From Blepharisma stoltei ATCC 30299 (taxonomy: Eukaryota > Protista > Ciliophora): a stretch of 64,000 nucleotides of DNA. This document shows positions 60,174 to 64,000 of the stretch, in pieces; position 1 is the first letter of the stretch, and the number at the start of each line of letters is the position of its first letter. The position numbers and the translations under genes are program-made. The stretch lies in NCBI GenBank assembly GCA_965603825.1, contig CBFDEM010000048.1:372001-436000 (forward strand). The letters run 5' to 3'. The notes under the pieces were generated by a model that had not been told where the DNA came from, did no database searches, and saw only the letters and a program-made list of their open reading frames with translations.

Positions 60174-60816
60174 TGTTTCTCAATTCTTTAATTTATTATA
60201 AATTAATCGTTATGATATAGCGGTTATGCATTATTATTTATGGTCGAGGATAAGCAAAGAGAAGTATTATGGACTGTTAGATGAGGGAGAAGAAATTGAT
60301 AAATTCATTGCATATTTAATAAAAATAACTTTTATGGAAAATATTTCGTAAATGAAAATATTCGATTAATATATTGGAATCTTAGGGAATAAGCAAATAA
60401 TTTATCATTGTGAAAAATTATTAGTGCAATAATTCTTTAATTTAAATCAACCAAAGCTCAATAAGCCAAAGTATTTTTCTAAAAAAAGCTAAAAATTAGC
60501 AGAGGCATTATTTAGCTTAAAATCATATACAAAATATAATATAAAAATGGTTCATCATATTCCAGAATTATTCTTAAACTGACCTTGCAAATAATCCTGA
60601 ATCAAAAAACTTACAAAAAATTTCTTTTAATTTTTTAAAGAAATGCTAATTAGCTGTATTTTTATTCATAATCCATTAATATTATGTTTTATAAGATTAG
60701 TACAAGAATTAAGCTTCTGATACTTCAGAGGCTAAAATTTTATTGCCTTTTTCTAATGTAAATTCATATCTTCTATTTAAGTGATTGAAATAATATAAAT
60801 TCATTTATAAAAATTA

Positions 60817-61482
60817 ATGAACTCCTCAGGTGACTCAACTCCTAGATCTGACACAAATCGCTTCCGTATGCTTAAATTTTTAAGGATAGGCTTTAGCCTA
60901 ATATTGCTATCAATATTTATTGTTGGTATCTTCAGGACTTCCTTCTATTTTTTTATTTATTTGACAAATTGGGGTCTCACATTAACAGCAATATATTTCC
61001 TAGTTTCATCAATATCCTATTATTATTCCAAGTACATGCCTGCTACTTTTATCCTTTTCGAGACAGTATGATGTATTGGGTGGTGCATTTTTGTGGTATT
61101 CTGGGGTATTGTTGGTCCTCTAAAAGGCCATGATATTATTACTGATATTTTATTGCATATTTTGCCTATTGTTCTTGTGATTATTGATTTTGCCTTAAAT
61201 GAGATAATCATGTCACGAAAACACTGCGTGTTTCCTATTGGAGTTAGCATGGTTTATTTGATTTGCATAAATGTGCCATATTCAATCGCAGTACACGAGG
61301 TTTACCCTTTGATGAATTATAAGAATGTATGAACTTACTTGATATTGTTTTTAAGTTTGGCTATCCAAATATCTGCACTTGAAATAGGAATCTGGATTAA
61401 AAGAAAACAAATAGGGAATCAAAGAATTCTAGAACTTGAACTTGAGGGTGCCAAAGTGATTTCTTCAGTTCAAAACGTATAA
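60817..61482 (+). CDS. FAR-17a/AIG1/rolling-stone-like multi-pass membrane protein
   Basis: YLTNWG, VFW, LHILP, VYP; TGA=Trp at 61069 and 61330. Confidence 0.78.
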
Positions 61483-62017
61483 TTAGGATAAATATTAGAG
61501 CATTTCAGTAAATTTTCCCTTAATAACATTATTGCTAAATTATTAATTTCTTAGATATACTCAAATTCCCATTGTCTTCTAAAATGGTTGCTTTACGAAA
61601 AGCAAGCTATTATAAATTGTATTTGAAATTAAATATAAAGTTAAAGACAAGAAAAGAGCTAATTTGAATTCAAAACTAGATCCTTTTACAAGCAATCTTT
61701 AAAAATTAATCTTTTCATTGCTTATCTGTTTTAAATTATTAATAATTCTAGGTGTTTTTAATCAGAAGTTTTTTATAAAATTTAAAGAATCAGAAAATTA
61801 ATTTTTAGCGACAGATTTTATTTTCCTAAGTAAAACCATGCTTTGAAGCCTTATTTAACCTGCTTAATTCCTTTTTAATCCTATAAGTATATAAATTTAT
61901 TGCCTGACCTGAAGAAACTTGCCATTTATTAGAAGTTTATTACTAGTAACTATATTAACTGATATTTAAAGTTACATGATAAAAATTATATGGCCATTAA
62001 AAGGTATTATAAACAAT

Positions 62018-62615
62018 ATGGACCTTGATAATAAAGAATCCCTGATCTCAAATAACAGCTGGGCTAATAACGTTCTTCCACCTCCTACTGGTATAGAAAA
62101 TGTTGTCTGAATTCCATTTTATCAGAATCCATTTACTGGAGAGCTTTCTCCAGTACTTGCTGACAAAATAAATCAAAAAGTGCCCGAATTAAATTTAAAT
62201 GATACATTATTCCTTAGTAAAGGAGGCTCCAGAGATCTTCTTTGAAAAATTGAGGAAGATGAAATTATTCGTCACTTTGTCAGTAGAGGAAATCAGTCCT
62301 GGACTTTCATAGCCAAATTCATAAATAATCAAATTTATGGAGGCAATCTTTTACGAAAAGGAAAGCACATAAGAGAGAGATGGATCAATCATTTAAATCC
62401 TGAATTAAAAAGTAAAAGATAATTTAGAATGCGAATGAACCAAAGAAGAAGATCTGCAACTTTTAGGTTTAGTAGGGAAATACGGGACGAAATGAAGCAA
62501 AATTTCCAGGGAAATGATTGGGAGAACAGAAAACTCGGTTAAAAATAGGTGGAATAGCTTAAATAAAAAATGTAAGGATATCAAAGAAAGCATATGGTGC
62601 AAAACTTCGAATTAA
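62018..62615 (+). CDS. R2R3 Myb transcription factor; missed by the ORF track
   Basis: W(TGA)KIEED...RERWINHLNP, 16-nt intron, W(TGA)TKEED...GTK-W(TGA)-SKI...GRTENSVKNRWN. Confidence 0.9.
62412..62427 (+). other. 16-nt intron
   Basis: GTAAAAGATAATTTAG; restores the frame between the Myb repeats. Confidence 0.9.
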
Positions 62616-63571
62616 AAAAATAAAATTAATTCTGATGAAATTATTATTTTATTATTAAATTTTAAAGAATCTTTTATGAATGTCATAATTTCGATTAAAT
62701 TTTTATTTTCATTTTAACTAAAAAACTACTGGATAATTACGCAGCCTAAGGTCTCTAGAGCATATTTATTTTATTACTAGAAAAGAAAAATCTAAAGGCA
62801 TTTTATATATGAATGATGAATTATCCTTATGGCATATATAATAATTGTCAATAATCTTAGTAAGATTGGAACGTAAAATAAGGATTTCTCTAATGTTTGA
62901 AAGTATAAAGGATTATTTATTATGTCTTAGCATGCCTTAAGGTGTAAGAGTTATAGCAAGTATTTTTCCTGGCTAATTAATTGGTTGCAGTTAGTAGTAG
63001 AGATATGCAAATGAAAATTACAGCTTGACAAATTAAATTTCTATAAGGACTTTACGTTTGGCTGTTTAATGCAAATTATTGATGATGTCTCGTTAACCTT
63101 CTTATGAATGTCAATAGAATAAATTCTCTTATTCAGAAGTAAAATGCTGCGGATAGTAGAGGGTGAATGCTGCAAGCTCCAGCTAAATCGCTCCAAAGAA
63201 AAGCATTTTCAATTGGAGAGATCCCTACTTTTCGTATCTAATTTGATTTCACTTTGCTCTGATCATCTTTTGAGATAGTAAAATAGATTGGCAAGCCACA
63301 AAAGCAACTTCTGAAGGTATACCGCTTCCTCATTTCATTATCCACTTATCTTGGCCCTGCCGGCAAAAGATATGCATTTAGCTGTCCTAGGAATTAAGCC
63401 GAAACAATGAATCTCAACCTCCCGCCCCTAGTATTAGTGCTACTGATTATAACCAAACACTTCATATACCCAACACTGAGAAAACATTTCATTCGTTTCT
63501 TCTATGTATATCTATAAATCTTTTTAAAAATAGTAGTGTCATGAAATAAAAATTTGACTGTAAATCTAAAT

Positions 63572-64000
63572 ATGTCTGAATTTAGAACTTTTCCATCAGG
63601 AAGATCGATCACACCCATTATGAAGTCAAAAAACCCCAAGGTCATGATAACTCAAAACGAAGCTAGCCATTTTAGTGACCCAGAAAATGATGATATTTTA
63701 GATAATGACGAAGAAACTAAAGAAGTGGCCGCGCAGCTTATGATGATTAGAAAAAGACATGATAAAACTAAAGAAGCCAATGCTAAAAAACGACAATATT
63801 TAGAAAAAATCAAAAAAGAGCTAGAAAAAGCTAATTCTGTCGCAAATATCGCAGAAAATGATTCAAAAAATTTACAACAAAAATTAGAGCAATTAAAAAT
63901 TGCTCTTGAAAATACTAGAAAAAAGCATGAAGACGAAATAAGAGACAAAAAAACTTATTTGCATGTATTAGATAGAATGAAAAAAGATAAAATTTCTATG
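63572..64000 (+). CDS. 3'-truncated coiled-coil protein
   Basis: ATG at 63572, open to the window end, K/E-rich. Confidence 0.65.
   Translation, partial: MSEFRTFPSGRSITPIMKSKNPKVMITQNEASHFSDPENDDILDNDEETKEVAAQLMMIRKRHDKTKEANAKKRQYLEKIKKELEKANSVANIAENDSKNLQQKLEQLKIALENTRKKHEDEIRDKKTYLHVLDRMKKDKISM

Noticed and set aside
1510-61482. Many apparently fragmented pseudogenes or selenoproteins with in-frame TGA
   Set aside because: TGA falls at conserved Trp, not Cys, positions and frames stay continuous; explained by UGA=Trp.
1-64000. CRISPR arrays, prophage, telomeric repeats, intact transposons or IES-like inverted repeats
   Set aside because: None seen; the window looks like internal somatic (macronuclear) eukaryotic sequence.

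Overview
AT-rich, gene-dense eukaryotic DNA from a heterotrich ciliate, most likely a Blepharisma-like macronuclear genome. Two diagnostic features are visible. (1) UGA is read as Trp: in-frame TGA sits at invariant Trp positions of a PKA-like kinase, AMPK, Myb and EF-1beta, and genes end only in TAA/TAG. (2) Spliceosomal introns are tiny, 15-16 nt GT...AG with an A six nt from the 3' end. The supplied ORF track therefore splits or misses many genes. Re-translating by hand gives about 50 CDSs, one tRNA-Lys(UUU) and a disabled RPLP0 copy. Recognisable genes: V-ATPase d, PKA-like kinase, RPS4, a bacterial-like SAM methyltransferase, UQCRH, PP4R1-like, a cNMP-binding protein, S49 peptidase-like, ATP23, a stand-alone EF-1beta GEF domain, HOOK, acyl-CoA oxidase, AMPK-alpha, BCCIP, two tandem ODC-like genes, a rhomboid-like protein, an RRM protein, RPL28, an HMG-MPG fusion, SINA, HID1, a stand-alone voltage-sensor-like protein, two near-identical PCCB copies, AIG1-like and Myb. 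The most interesting candidates are an ODC-like enzyme/pseudoenzyme tandem pair, a diverged four-gene array with PP1-docking (SILK + RVxF) motifs, an HMG-box/alkylpurine glycosylase fusion, several predicted pseudoenzymes, and an atypical 19-nt intron. All family assignments come from motif recognition by eye; no searches were run.
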